DNA of 64,000 bases from Candidatus Doudnabacteria bacterium (GTDB lineage Bacteria > Patescibacteriota > Doudnabacteria > UBA920 > 2-01-FULL-46-14): contig JBGQGB010000001.1 of assembly GCA_041497195.1 (NCBI GenBank), positions 143,672-207,671 on the forward strand. The letters are read 5' to 3'. Shown here piece after piece: positions 1 through 9,146 of this stretch. The notes under the pieces were generated by a model. It was not told where the DNA came from and did no database searches. It worked only from the letters and a program-made list of their open reading frames with translations. Position 1 is the first letter of the stretch, and each line of letters starts with the position of its first letter. Both the position numbers and the translations under genes were made by a program.

Positions 1-961
1 GCAAAGCCATCACCTCAGCCGCCAAAATCGGCAGACCGGAAGCCATCGCTTCCATGGTCACGATGCTTTGCAGTTCTGCAATTCCGGCAATCACAAAAAT
101 GTGCGCGAGCGTATACAGCTTTGGTAAATCGTCGTCAGGAACAAATCCGGTGAAAGTCACCCTATCGCGCACACCCAAGGCTTCCGCTCGAGATTCCAGT
201 GCTTGGCGCTGGGTGCCAGAGCCGGCCAAGACTAAATGGGCTGAAGTTTTTTGCAGAATTTTCTGCAACGAGTGGAGGATGACATCGATTCGTTTCTCTT
301 TGTCCAAGCGCCCGACATACAAGAGAATCTTGCCATCCGGGATGCCATATCGTTTTTTCAGCTCCGCTCCGTCGTTGGCGGGATGAAACCTAGTGAGATC
401 GATACCGCAAGAGATGGAAATGACTTGCTTTTTCAGGCCGGCCCTTTCGGTGTGCTTCGCGGCCGTTACGGTGGGAGCGGTCACTACAGGTAACCATTTG
501 TAGACCCGTAAAAATTGGTTCCAGCCGAAACGCTTCAGTTTTTCTTCCGCCACTTTCGGGAGGTGCAAATAATGCACCAGGTTTTCCGGCATGAAATGGT
601 TGGTCCCCAAGGTCGGGATGCCTAACTCTCGGGCCACATCTGCCACTGCTTTGGCAATCATGAAATGACTCTGGAGATGGATTATCTCCGGCTTGATCCG
701 TTTGACTATTTTTCTGACCGAGCGCTTCGCCAAAAAAGATGGCGACACGCGAAAATCCGGATACACCAAAATGCTGACAGAACGAACCGCATAGACTTTC
801 ACCCCATTGTGGACAAAAGCTTCATCTCGGAAACTTCGCCCTGGACAGATGACTGACACGTCATGACCGCGGCGGGCCAAAGTAGTTGCCAACCGATAGG
901 AAAAATAAGCAGCTCCGTTGACGTCCGGGTGATAAGTGACGCAGCCTAATAGTATTTTCAT
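1..961 (-). CDS. Glycosyltransferase family 4 (GT-B), 3' end runs off the window
   Basis: Not in the ORF track. Manual translation from ATG at 961: MKILLGCVTYHPDVNGAA...GTNHFMPEN...LYVGRLDKEKRID...ELQSIVTMEAMASGLP (GT4 motifs). Confidence 0.9.
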   Translation of the reverse strand, partial: MKILLGCVTYHPDVNGAAYFSYRLATTLARRGHDVSVICPGRSFRDEAFVHNGVKVYAVRSVSILVYPDFRVSPSFLAKRSVRKIVKRIKPEIIHLQSHFMIAKAVADVARELGIPTLGTNHFMPENLVHYLHLPKVAEEKLKRFGWNQFLRVYKWLPVVTAPTVTAAKHTERAGLKKQVISISCGIDLTRFHPANDGAELKKRYGIPDGKILLYVGRLDKEKRIDVILHSLQKILQKTSAHLVLAGSGTQRQALESRAEALGVRDRVTFTGFVPDDDLPKLYTLAHIFVIAGIAELQSIVTMEAMASGLPILAAEVMAL

Positions 962-964
962 AAA

Positions 965-1564
965 TCAGCCAAGTTCTCCATCTTCGTATTTTTTTCCAAT
1001 TTTTCTAACGACAAGATAAAGTATGATCAACAGCACAACCACGGCCACGGTCACCAAGGCTGTGTAATCGAGATATCTATTAAGCTGGGCATAAGCCTGA
1101 CCAAAATAAAACCCAATCAGCATCAGGATCAGCGCTTTCGGCAGCGTCGCTAAAAAATTATACCAAATAAACTTCCAAAAAGGAACTTTGGCCATGCCGG
1201 CCGCCACCAGAATTACTCCGCCAACCGCATGAGTGAGTTTCCCAAAAAAAAGGCTCTTGCCCCCGTGCTTTTCAAAATATGCTTCCATGAGCGCCAACCG
1301 CTCGGCAGTAATGCCGACGTAGCGACCCCAGCGTTCAATAAATCGATTTCGTCCCCAGCGTCCTATCGAATAATATAAACTATCCCCGACCAAATCGCCA
1401 AACAGCAAAACGAGATAGGCCAGAAAAAAGTTGAGATAGCCGAGGGAGACGAGAAACCCTCCGATAATCGTCACAATCGGTCCCTCCACGACGACAATGG
1501 GAAACAGCAATAAATATTTGTAGTGGATGAGCCAAGTTATTATCGTAGGCAAATCAAAATGCAT
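965..1564 (-). CDS. DedA family membrane protein
   Basis: LFGDLVGDSLYYSIGR, FEKHGGKSLFFGK, AGMAKVPFWKF motifs; start moved to MHFDLP (ATG 1564), 7 nt after a TATAAT box. Confidence 0.9.
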   Translation of the reverse strand: MHFDLPTIITWLIHYKYLLLFPIVVVEGPIVTIIGGFLVSLGYLNFFLAYLVLLFGDLVGDSLYYSIGRWGRNRFIERWGRYVGITAERLALMEAYFEKHGGKSLFFGKLTHAVGGVILVAAGMAKVPFWKFIWYNFLATLPKALILMLIGFYFGQAYAQLNRYLDYTALVTVAVVVLLIILYLVVRKIGKKYEDGELG

Positions 1565-1651
1565 ATCTCGTATTATACACTTTTGCCGCAAAAAAGTAAG
1601 TAAAAACCGTCTCAGGGCAAGGGACCCAAACGTAAAAAAACTAATCAAAAA

Positions 1652-2155
1652 TTAAGCATTCATGTCGTCTGTGGATACAAGCTCCCTAGATTTTCGAATG
1701 TAATAGTGGATAATAAGTGCGCTCGCAAGGAGAACGGTGCTCGAAAAAAAATTAGGAAGTGCTGTCCAGGAGCTAAGGCCACAACTCTCGACAACTCCGC
1801 TATCACCAACGGCAATGGTGCAAGGTCGAGCAAGATTGAGCACCGATATAGCATAGGCTAGGATAGAAAGGGCTATAAATACCCACGACCAAATCTTTTG
1901 GATCTTTATCCGCAGTAATGCAACCAAGCTAAACGTGATGCCTAGAAACCCAATTAAATATACAACAAATGGCAAATAGGCATTATAGAATATCATAAAA
2001 ACTGGCACAGGCAAGCCTGTAATGCGAAGGATAAGTAATGCGAAAATCCCAAAAGGGACAATTAAAAAACCGACTGGATTCGCCACTATTAATATCATGT
2101 AAAACACTGTAGCAATCCACCAGACCTTAAGAGAAGTTTTGAATAATTGCTTCAT
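1652..2155 (-). CDS. Hypothetical multi-pass membrane protein
   Basis: 167 aa, 4-5 hydrophobic segments, AT-rich. Confidence 0.65.
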   Translation of the reverse strand: MKQLFKTSLKVWWIATVFYMILIVANPVGFLIVPFGIFALLILRITGLPVPVFMIFYNAYLPFVVYLIGFLGITFSLVALLRIKIQKIWSWVFIALSILAYAISVLNLARPCTIAVGDSGVVESCGLSSWTALPNFFSSTVLLASALIIHYYIRKSRELVSTDDMNA

Positions 2156-2251
2156 CTAGAAAACTTACTTCCGATTGAATCGCATCGCACTGTTACTTTA
2201 ATATTAACATCTTATTTATTCATTGAATAGTAGCCGCGTGATGCCACGAAG

Positions 2252-2273
2252 AAAGCGACCATCTCGGTCGCTT
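2252..2273 (-). terminator. Hairpin terminator after tRNA-Leu
   Basis: AAGCGACC-ATCTC-GGTCGCTT inverted repeat. Confidence 0.55.
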
Positions 2274-2278
2274 AATAC

Positions 2279-2365
2279 TGGTGCCCGAGGAGAGACTCGA
2301 ACTCTCATGGTCTTGCGACCGCAGGATTTTGAGTCCTGTGCGTCTGCCAGTTCCGCCACTCGGGC
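2279..2365 (-). tRNA. tRNA-Leu(CAA)
   Basis: GCCCGAG acceptor stem, TGGCGGAACTGGCAGAC D arm, CAGGA-CTCAAAA-TCCTG anticodon arm, long variable arm, GTTCGAG T loop, encoded CCA. Confidence 0.97.
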
Positions 2366-2400
2366 TAGTCTCCCAAAGTATATCAAAATTTTGACTGCAA

Positions 2401-2430
2401 AAAAAGCGCCACAGAACGAGGCGCTTTTTT
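2401..2430. terminator. Intrinsic terminator hairpin
   Basis: AAAAAGCGCC-N9-GGCGCTTTTT. Confidence 0.6.
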
Positions 2431-2447
2431 CAAATTCGAACCAAAAA

Positions 2448-3761
2448 TCAGGGTTGGATGGTGAACGTATTATCGCTCTGATCGCTGACAGAGCCTCCGC
2501 CACCAGGCGAGCCCTGAGAAAGAACAACGATTTTGTAGTTCGTCGCCGCAGACACATTGTCAGGCACCCAAGTGTAGCTGCTATCCAAAATATTCGTGGT
2601 GATGCTCTGATTGATACCCGCCCGGCTGAAATAGATATCGACTTTACCCTGGGATTGATCTGGATACCAGTTTCGTTTCCAGGTAATCTTGATCGGCTGT
2701 AAATGCGCAAACGTTTCTTCACCATTTGGGGTCAACACAGTGACAGCCGGTCCGAAAGCCGACGTATCATTACCAACATTGACCTGATAAGTACTACTCG
2801 AAGTGCCGCCCTTTCCGTCGCTCACGCTTACTATGATGGAATATTGGCCCAAAAAGCTCCACGCATGACTGACAGTCGAGCTTGTTCCGGACGAAGCAAG
2901 TGTGGTGTATTTAGGCGTGGCATCCCCCCAGTCGACGATATAAGTGAGTCTGTCATTGTCCGGATCAGCTGCCGTGATTGTAAAATTTTGCGTGGTTGCG
3001 GGAAACGTGGCGATCACTCCGCTGATCACGGGTGCCGAGGGTGGCTGGTTGGATGATGTGCCAGTACCGTAGCCGGGTGTTGGAGAGGGCGTCGGAGTCG
3101 GAGCAGGTTGCGGAACCTGCACGGGTGGACTACTGGGCTGCCCTTCGATTGGCAAAGCCAGGTCTGCCGTGTTTGTGGCAACGATATTTTGCAGCTGGTA
3201 CCGAGCTGCATAAAAAGCCTCAAGCGACGGGATGCCCCGCCTGCCCGCATCTGTGATCAAATAAACCGTGCCGCTGTCATTTATGAGCGTGCCGGGCAGA
3301 TGCGCGGAACTTGCCGAGTCTATAGTCGCGGTCGGCAGAAGTCTCGAAAGAGTTGTCCCTGGCTCTCGCAGGACACTGGCAAAAGAATAACCCAAACCGA
3401 GAAAAACATCGGCCGAGGAAAACGGATGTTTCGTTCCATCAGAAATCAAGTATACAGTCGGGGTATGGTCTTTGACCAAAGCGCCGTCGCGGTAGGACAT
3501 CAGCGGCCCCTCCGGCAGAGCCAAGTCTGCGGTAGTCGCCGGCGTGGCGTCACCGAACAGGTACCCGTTGGAAAAATAAATAGTCCTCGATGGAAAGCCG
3601 CGACGCTGCCCGCCGCTAATCAAAAATATGGCCCCGTTTGGAGCGCGCACCACTGCCCCTTCGTTGCCTGTTCCTAGGGCAATCGCGGGAAGCGAAAACA
3701 ATGTACCAAGTAGAGCTCCGGCTAAAACAGCAGAATCAAAAAATTGAATTTTTTTTCTCAT
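2448..3761 (-). CDS. Secreted/surface protein: three ~45-aa repeats, Pro/Thr linker, PKD domain, C-terminal Ig-like domain
   Basis: Signal peptide; repeats of G-x-L-V/I...VYLI-S/T-DG-x-K/R; YIVDWGD...SHAW...VSDGKGG (PKD); VTVLTPNGEETF. Confidence 0.8.
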   Translation of the reverse strand: MRKKIQFFDSAVLAGALLGTLFSLPAIALGTGNEGAVVRAPNGAIFLISGGQRRGFPSRTIYFSNGYLFGDATPATTADLALPEGPLMSYRDGALVKDHTPTVYLISDGTKHPFSSADVFLGLGYSFASVLREPGTTLSRLLPTATIDSASSAHLPGTLINDSGTVYLITDAGRRGIPSLEAFYAARYQLQNIVATNTADLALPIEGQPSSPPVQVPQPAPTPTPSPTPGYGTGTSSNQPPSAPVISGVIATFPATTQNFTITAADPDNDRLTYIVDWGDATPKYTTLASSGTSSTVSHAWSFLGQYSIIVSVSDGKGGTSSSTYQVNVGNDTSAFGPAVTVLTPNGEETFAHLQPIKITWKRNWYPDQSQGKVDIYFSRAGINQSITTNILDSSYTWVPDNVSAATNYKIVVLSQGSPGGGGSVSDQSDNTFTIQP

Positions 3762-3831
3762 ATGTATTTTAGATTGAAGCTTGGATTCTTTCTATATTTA
3801 TATCACCTCACGGCCGATAATGCAAGATTTT

Positions 3832-6339
3832 TCAATTCACCAGCTGCGGATCAATTTCCACCACCTGACCCCGCTTGATTTCGCCAGAAATAAGTCCTTT
3901 GGCAATGTAATTTTCAATCCGATCCTGGATGTAACGACGCAAAGGCCGGGCCCCAAATTCGGCACTATACCCTCCTCTCGCCACTGTAGCCGCCAGCTCG
4001 GGAGTGATATTGATTTTTATGTCTTTTTGAGCCAAACGCACGTTCAGTTCTCGCAGCAAAAGCATGGCTACTTGCGTCAATTCCTCTTCCGTCAAGGGGC
4101 GGAAAATGATGACCGCATCAAAACGGTTCAAAAACTCGGGCCGGAATATTCCTTGCCGCTGGATGCTATCCAAAAGCTGATCGCGCGCCTCAGCCGGATT
4201 TTGGCCGCTCTTGACCATTTGCCGAATCTCCTCGGCTCCCGCGTTTGACGTGGCAATGATCATGGTATTGACGAAACTGACGCTGCGACCCAAAAAATCC
4301 GTCAAGCGGCCTTCATCCAAAACTTGCAAAAACAAATCCAAAACCTTGGAATGGGCTTTTTCCAATTCATCAAATAAGATCAAAGAGAAAGGGTTCTGCA
4401 GCACGGCTTCGGTCAGAAGGCCGCCCGCATTTGTATCAGCATCGCCAATCAAACGGTTGATGCTGTGGACCTCCTGAAACTCGGACATATCAAACCTGAT
4501 AATCCTTTGCTCGCTACCAAAATACACAGCGGCCAAGGCCTTGGTCGTTTCCGTCTTCCCGACCCCGGTCGGACCCATGAAAAGAAAACTACCAATCGGG
4601 TGTTTTTCCGAACGAATCCCCGACCTGGCGCGGCGAAGGGCATTGGCCAGCTGTTCAATCGCTTCCTGCTGCCCGACGATGCGCTCGTGCAGAATTGTCT
4701 CCAAATTCATGAGTGTATCTTTTTCTGCAGCAGCGACCTTTTCCACCGGAACCTTCGTCCTCTGGCTAACGACTTTTCTGACGTGCTCCGCAGAAACAAT
4801 CTTTTCGCCCAATTTGGTGACCACAAAGACAGCAGTTTCTTCCAAAATTTCCAGGGATTTTTCAGGATTAGGCAAAGTTTGAATGAGCTTTTCACTCAAT
4901 GCGACTATCTCATGCAACGATTCATGGGTAAACCACAAACCAAAACGCTTCTCCGCCGGTACGGCAGCGTCTTGTAAAATGAGCAAAGTTTCGGCCGCCG
5001 ACGGCTCGCTTAGTTCCAGCTTGCTCATCAAGCGTTCAAGTTGAGGGTTTTTCCCGATTGTCGCTTGGTAACCTTGAAACGTCGTGATACCCATGACCCT
5101 CAGGCCTGACTGCAAAAACGGAAGGAGGGCTTCAGCCGCGTTGACTCGCCCCGCCTCTGGATGCGGATCAAGGAAAGCATCAAAATTGTTGATTACCAGG
5201 ATCACATTTTCTGCCGAGAGCGCCTCGCTGAACAGAGCCCGAATATGTTCCAAAACTTCATTGAGTGACTTGGTCCCGCCAATCACAGCCGCCGAGTCAA
5301 TCTGCAATAACCGCTTGTAGCGAAGCGGACCCAAAACGTCTCCACGGTTGAGTTTCGCTGCAAAAGCGCGCAGCAAAGTGTGCCGGCCGACTCCCGGGGC
5401 CCCGACTAAAACGACATTTCCGAAACCCGCCGAGCGCACCAGCGCGCGTTGCAAAATCTCCACTTGATTATTGCGTCCGTAGAGATGTTCGGGTGGTTTG
5501 TGAATCCGAACCAGGGCGGTCAAATCCGTCGCCACTCTATCCAAATTTATGGTATACCCGGCTGCCCAGTCCTTGCCGATGCCTTTGGTATCCAATAAAT
5601 TTTCTCGGGTCCAAAACTCACCACGCTGCATTTTCGAAACATCCAATCGCCGGCGCCAGTCAGCGACTTCTCGCAAATCTTTTTCCTCGATCTCAAATTC
5701 AAACATCAGTTTCTGAAAAATTTTATCCAATTCGAAAACCGCCACCAGCAGGTCCGCTTCGGTAATCTGCAGGTTGTTACCGGCCAAGACCTTTTGCCAG
5801 GCCGTCAGCAAAACTTCGCGCAGAGACAAAGCGGCCGCTGGCGGGTATTGTTCCTTTACTTTTCTGCCCAATTCCTCTGGCGGGAGGTCGAGCCGGTGCC
5901 AAACCCATAGAAAACTTTCGTGTCGCAATAGGTAATCCCAAAACTGGGCTAACAAAAAATTTTCTCCGCGCGCTCCCACGTCTATCAAACGAGCGGCTGA
6001 AAAGCTCAAAATCCGGCCATACGACTCATGCTCCCAGGATTTTTGAAGTTCCTCGAAATTGGCCGGATGCTCATTTTGTAAAAAAACTAGAAAAAGCCAA
6101 TAAAGTCCCAGTAGCAGAAAAAACCCAAAGAAAACCTCGGCTGTGCCAAAGGCAAACCATAGAATCGAAGACTTGGTGTCCCCAAGCAAAATAGTTGTAA
6201 AAAAACCAGTTAGACTGATCACTCCGGCAAGCCACAGAAAAACTCCAGTCCGTGATCTGGACAAATGTCTTTCCAGGATCAGGGCCGACCTGTAACCGGA
6301 CTGTTCAATATAGATATCTTTTCCTGATAAAATTTTCAT
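3832..6339 (-). CDS. ClpA/B-family AAA+ ATPase with N-terminal transmembrane helices
   Basis: NBD2 has [37 protein letters not shown]; start MKILSG overlaps the upstream stop (ATGA). Confidence 0.88.
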   Translation of the reverse strand: MKILSGKDIYIEQSGYRSALILERHLSRSRTGVFLWLAGVISLTGFFTTILLGDTKSSILWFAFGTAEVFFGFFLLLGLYWLFLVFLQNEHPANFEELQKSWEHESYGRILSFSAARLIDVGARGENFLLAQFWDYLLRHESFLWVWHRLDLPPEELGRKVKEQYPPAAALSLREVLLTAWQKVLAGNNLQITEADLLVAVFELDKIFQKLMFEFEIEEKDLREVADWRRRLDVSKMQRGEFWTRENLLDTKGIGKDWAAGYTINLDRVATDLTALVRIHKPPEHLYGRNNQVEILQRALVRSAGFGNVVLVGAPGVGRHTLLRAFAAKLNRGDVLGPLRYKRLLQIDSAAVIGGTKSLNEVLEHIRALFSEALSAENVILVINNFDAFLDPHPEAGRVNAAEALLPFLQSGLRVMGITTFQGYQATIGKNPQLERLMSKLELSEPSAAETLLILQDAAVPAEKRFGLWFTHESLHEIVALSEKLIQTLPNPEKSLEILEETAVFVVTKLGEKIVSAEHVRKVVSQRTKVPVEKVAAAEKDTLMNLETILHERIVGQQEAIEQLANALRRARSGIRSEKHPIGSFLFMGPTGVGKTETTKALAAVYFGSEQRIIRFDMSEFQEVHSINRLIGDADTNAGGLLTEAVLQNPFSLILFDELEKAHSKVLDLFLQVLDEGRLTDFLGRSVSFVNTMIIATSNAGAEEIRQMVKSGQNPAEARDQLLDSIQRQGIFRPEFLNRFDAVIIFRPLTEEELTQVAMLLLRELNVRLAQKDIKINITPELAATVARGGYSAEFGARPLRRYIQDRIENYIAKGLISGEIKRGQVVEIDPQLVN

Positions 6340-6728
6340 ATTCTCAAAGTCGGCGTGATGAATCCGGCAAAAAACAGCCCCACAATCAAAATCGGCAAAA
6401 CGTACCACAAAATAAAAGCGGCTAATGTCAAAAGTGTGAAAAAAATAAAAACAACCAAGCCCGCCGCCATCACTACGAGCCGCAAGACGGCCCCGATGAA
6501 ACGCGAAATAAAATTCCAGCCCCACACGTGGAGAAACCGCGCTAGGTCAAATCCTCGACCATAAGAGCTGACGTCCTTGTGCCAGGGCGCAAACAAGCGA
6601 GGCACAAAATAGCCGATGGAAAAAAATCTCCAGGTCCAAGTCAAAAAATTCCGTCCCGTCCGCAAAACCTCCACCGGGGCTTGCCAGAAAAACCAACGGA
6701 TAAACAAAAGGAAAATACTGTCGGTCAT
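6336..6728 (-). CDS. Small membrane protein coupled to the Clp ATPase
   Basis: MTDSIF...LFAPWHKD...NFISRFIGAVLR followed by TM helices; stop overlaps the ATPase start. Confidence 0.75.
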   Translation of the reverse strand: MTDSIFLLFIRWFFWQAPVEVLRTGRNFLTWTWRFFSIGYFVPRLFAPWHKDVSSYGRGFDLARFLHVWGWNFISRFIGAVLRLVVMAAGLVVFIFFTLLTLAAFILWYVLPILIVGLFFAGFITPTLRI

Positions 6729-6762
6729 CGATGCAAAACTTTCAAAAAGTGAAAAGCCTTTT

Positions 6763-7281
6763 TTAACTTGTTTGTTTCTTCCGCGTCCACGCCAAACGCA
6801 CCAAAAAGACCGAAAACCAGGCAACTGCTATCCCCCCGACGATATCCACCGGATAATGTACGCCGGCGTAAACTCTGATGAAACCCTCGAGTAGAGCTCC
6901 TAGTATTAAGATAACACCGAACTTTTTATCGAACAAATACACGGCAAAAGCAATGGCAAACATGTAGGAAGCATGCCCGGAAGGAAAGGCTGACTCTGCT
7001 GCGCTCTGCGCCACCAGTTGGTGCACGTTTGGCAGAACGACGAATGGGCGCAAACGATGATATGAGTAATGAATAACTTCGGCAAAAACTCCGCGGGCCA
7101 GCAACGCAGAGAGGCCTGCTATCCAAAAAATCTTTCGATTTTTGAAAAAGTAATACAGTAAAATCCCTGTGTAAACAACCAGGGAGATTTTGTTGAGAGC
7201 AAAAAACAGGCCGTCCCAAAGATGGGAATGATGGGCAAGGCCATATATAGCATAAAACCATTTTGTATCTAGACTGGACAC
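6763..7281 (-). CDS. PAP2 phosphatase (BcrC-like undecaprenyl-PP phosphatase)
   Basis: RLRP, FPSGH and RVYAGVHYPVD motifs. Confidence 0.9.
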   Translation of the reverse strand: MSSLDTKWFYAIYGLAHHSHLWDGLFFALNKISLVVYTGILLYYFFKNRKIFWIAGLSALLARGVFAEVIHYSYHRLRPFVVLPNVHQLVAQSAAESAFPSGHASYMFAIAFAVYLFDKKFGVILILGALLEGFIRVYAGVHYPVDIVGGIAVAWFSVFLVRLAWTRKKQTS

Positions 7282-7821
7282 TTATTTTTGTTTCAAACTC
7301 ATCGTTTTTAAAATCTTGTAAACTTGACCTTGATCGTCTTTCAACCCTACTCCGATTGTTTCCAACTTAAAAGTTGTGCTCAAAGCGGATTGATTCCGCG
7401 ACATTTGTAGCGCAAATCCGGGCTCTTTGAATCTGGTTAAAGTGACATGAGGGCTATAAGGAAGCCTCGGGGGTCTGATTTTCTTGGCGTAACGTTTTGT
7501 TTCTGTCCCTAGGCGTTTACGAAATTTTTCTAATTCTCTTCTCGGTTTTATATTTAAGACGAGGAAGCCGCCTTTGTCGCTCGAATAACCGTCTGTACGG
7601 ACGGGAAAAGCTTTCACTCCTTCCAAAAAAACAGTCAGTTTGCTCAAAACGAAATTCAATTTATTCTTATTAACCGTTGCCCCAAACAAAGTTATGTGGG
7701 GGGAAAATTTCTTGCTATCAACAATAAACCGATGGGGATGAAGTCGCGCAACTCGCTGGGCATTCTTAGCCACCTTTGAATTTATGTCTGGCGGCAACAA
7801 AATAAAAAAATTTACTTCCAT
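7282..7821 (-). CDS. 2H phosphoesterase (2'-5' RNA ligase family)
   Basis: Two HxT motifs: PHITL and PHVTL. Confidence 0.85.
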   Translation of the reverse strand: MEVNFFILLPPDINSKVAKNAQRVARLHPHRFIVDSKKFSPHITLFGATVNKNKLNFVLSKLTVFLEGVKAFPVRTDGYSSDKGGFLVLNIKPRRELEKFRKRLGTETKRYAKKIRPPRLPYSPHVTLTRFKEPGFALQMSRNQSALSTTFKLETIGVGLKDDQGQVYKILKTMSLKQK

Positions 7822-7826
7822 AACAT

Positions 7827-9143
7827 CTAATCAATCCCCGGCACGGGGTATTTACTGGCAAAGGCTTTCACCTCACGTTGAATTTTTTGAACTAACGGGT
7901 GCGCGACCAACTTTTTCGCATAATCTTTCACTGCGGCTACCCGCTTTTCCTTTTCTTCAGGCAATGCGGTTTTGGCAAACTCTTTGATAATCTCAGCAAT
8001 CCATTTCCCGATTTTTTTCATTTCTTCTTCTTTCATCCCGCGCGAAGTGAGGGCAGGCGTACCTAATCGAATCCCGGACGGGTAATACGGCGGGGACGGA
8101 TCATTGGGAATCGGGTTTTTATTGACTGTAATGTTTGCTGCCTCCAGGGCTTTTTCTACAAAAATTCCTCTCCCCGTACCGAACGGGCGCAAGTCCACCA
8201 ACAACAAATGATTATCAGTCCCGTTGGAAATAAGCTTTATTCCCTCTTCCATCAAAGTTCCAGCCAGAGTTTTGGCGTTTTTGACTATTTGCTGAGCGTA
8301 AGTGCGGAACTCCGGAGTTCCCGCTTCCGCAAGCGCCACTGCAACTCCCGCAATCGTGTGCTCGTGCGGGCCCCCCTGCATCCCGGGAAATACAGCCTTG
8401 TCTACTCTTTCTTTGTATTCCTCGCGGCAAAAAATCATGGCAGCGCGCGGACCACGCAAAGTTTTGTGCGTCGTGGTAGTAATCACATCCATAAAAGGAA
8501 ACGGCGACGGGTGGACGCCGCCAATAATCAAACCAGAAATATGCGAAATGTCAGCCATGGATAGGGCCCCGACTTCTTGAGCTATTTCGCTCATTTTTTG
8601 GAAATCAATCAAGCGCGGATAAGCCGTGAAACCGGACACGATCAATTTTGGCTGTTCCTGTTTAGCAAGCTTAAGGATCGAGTCATAATCGAGCATCTCA
8701 GTATCAGGATCGACTTCATAGTGGACGAATTTAAAAGCCCGGCCGGACAAACTCACTGGATCTCCGTGCGTGAGGTGACCGCCGTGCGCCAGGCGTAGGG
8801 ACATGATCTTATCCCCCAATTCCAGGAGCCCCAGATACACGGCAATATTGGCCGGACTGCCCGAATACGGCTGCACGTTGACGTGATACTCGCTAGCGCC
8901 GAAAACTTCTTGAGCGCGCCTTTGCGTCAACCGTTCGATTTCGTCAATGTGAACATTGCCTCCGTAATAACGCCGCCCGGGATAACCCTCAGCGTACTTG
9001 TCATTGAGGATGCTGCCCATCGCTTCGAGGACTGCAGCGGATGCGTAATTCTCGGAAGGGATCATTTCCAAGCCTTCCTTTTGCCGGATTTTTTCTTGCT
9101 CAATGATTTTGTAGACTTCCGGATCCTGTTTTTGCAGATTCAT
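7827..9143 (-). CDS. glyA: Serine hydroxymethyltransferase
   Basis: IPSEN, YAEGYPGRRYYGG, GGHLTHG, TTTHKTLRGPR. Confidence 0.98.
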   Translation of the reverse strand: MNLQKQDPEVYKIIEQEKIRQKEGLEMIPSENYASAAVLEAMGSILNDKYAEGYPGRRYYGGNVHIDEIERLTQRRAQEVFGASEYHVNVQPYSGSPANIAVYLGLLELGDKIMSLRLAHGGHLTHGDPVSLSGRAFKFVHYEVDPDTEMLDYDSILKLAKQEQPKLIVSGFTAYPRLIDFQKMSEIAQEVGALSMADISHISGLIIGGVHPSPFPFMDVITTTTHKTLRGPRAAMIFCREEYKERVDKAVFPGMQGGPHEHTIAGVAVALAEAGTPEFRTYAQQIVKNAKTLAGTLMEEGIKLISNGTDNHLLLVDLRPFGTGRGIFVEKALEAANITVNKNPIPNDPSPPYYPSGIRLGTPALTSRGMKEEEMKKIGKWIAEIIKEFAKTALPEEKEKRVAAVKDYAKKLVAHPLVQKIQREVKAFASKYPVPGID

Positions 9144-9146
9144 AGC

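Noticed and set aside
54-856. Plus-strand ORFs 54-386, 251-493 and 665-856
   Set aside because: Antisense shadows of the GT4 gene, which the track missed because it runs off the window
2216-2725. ORFs 2216-2725(-) and 2223-2702(+)
   Set aside because: They overlap tRNA-Leu and the surface protein gene
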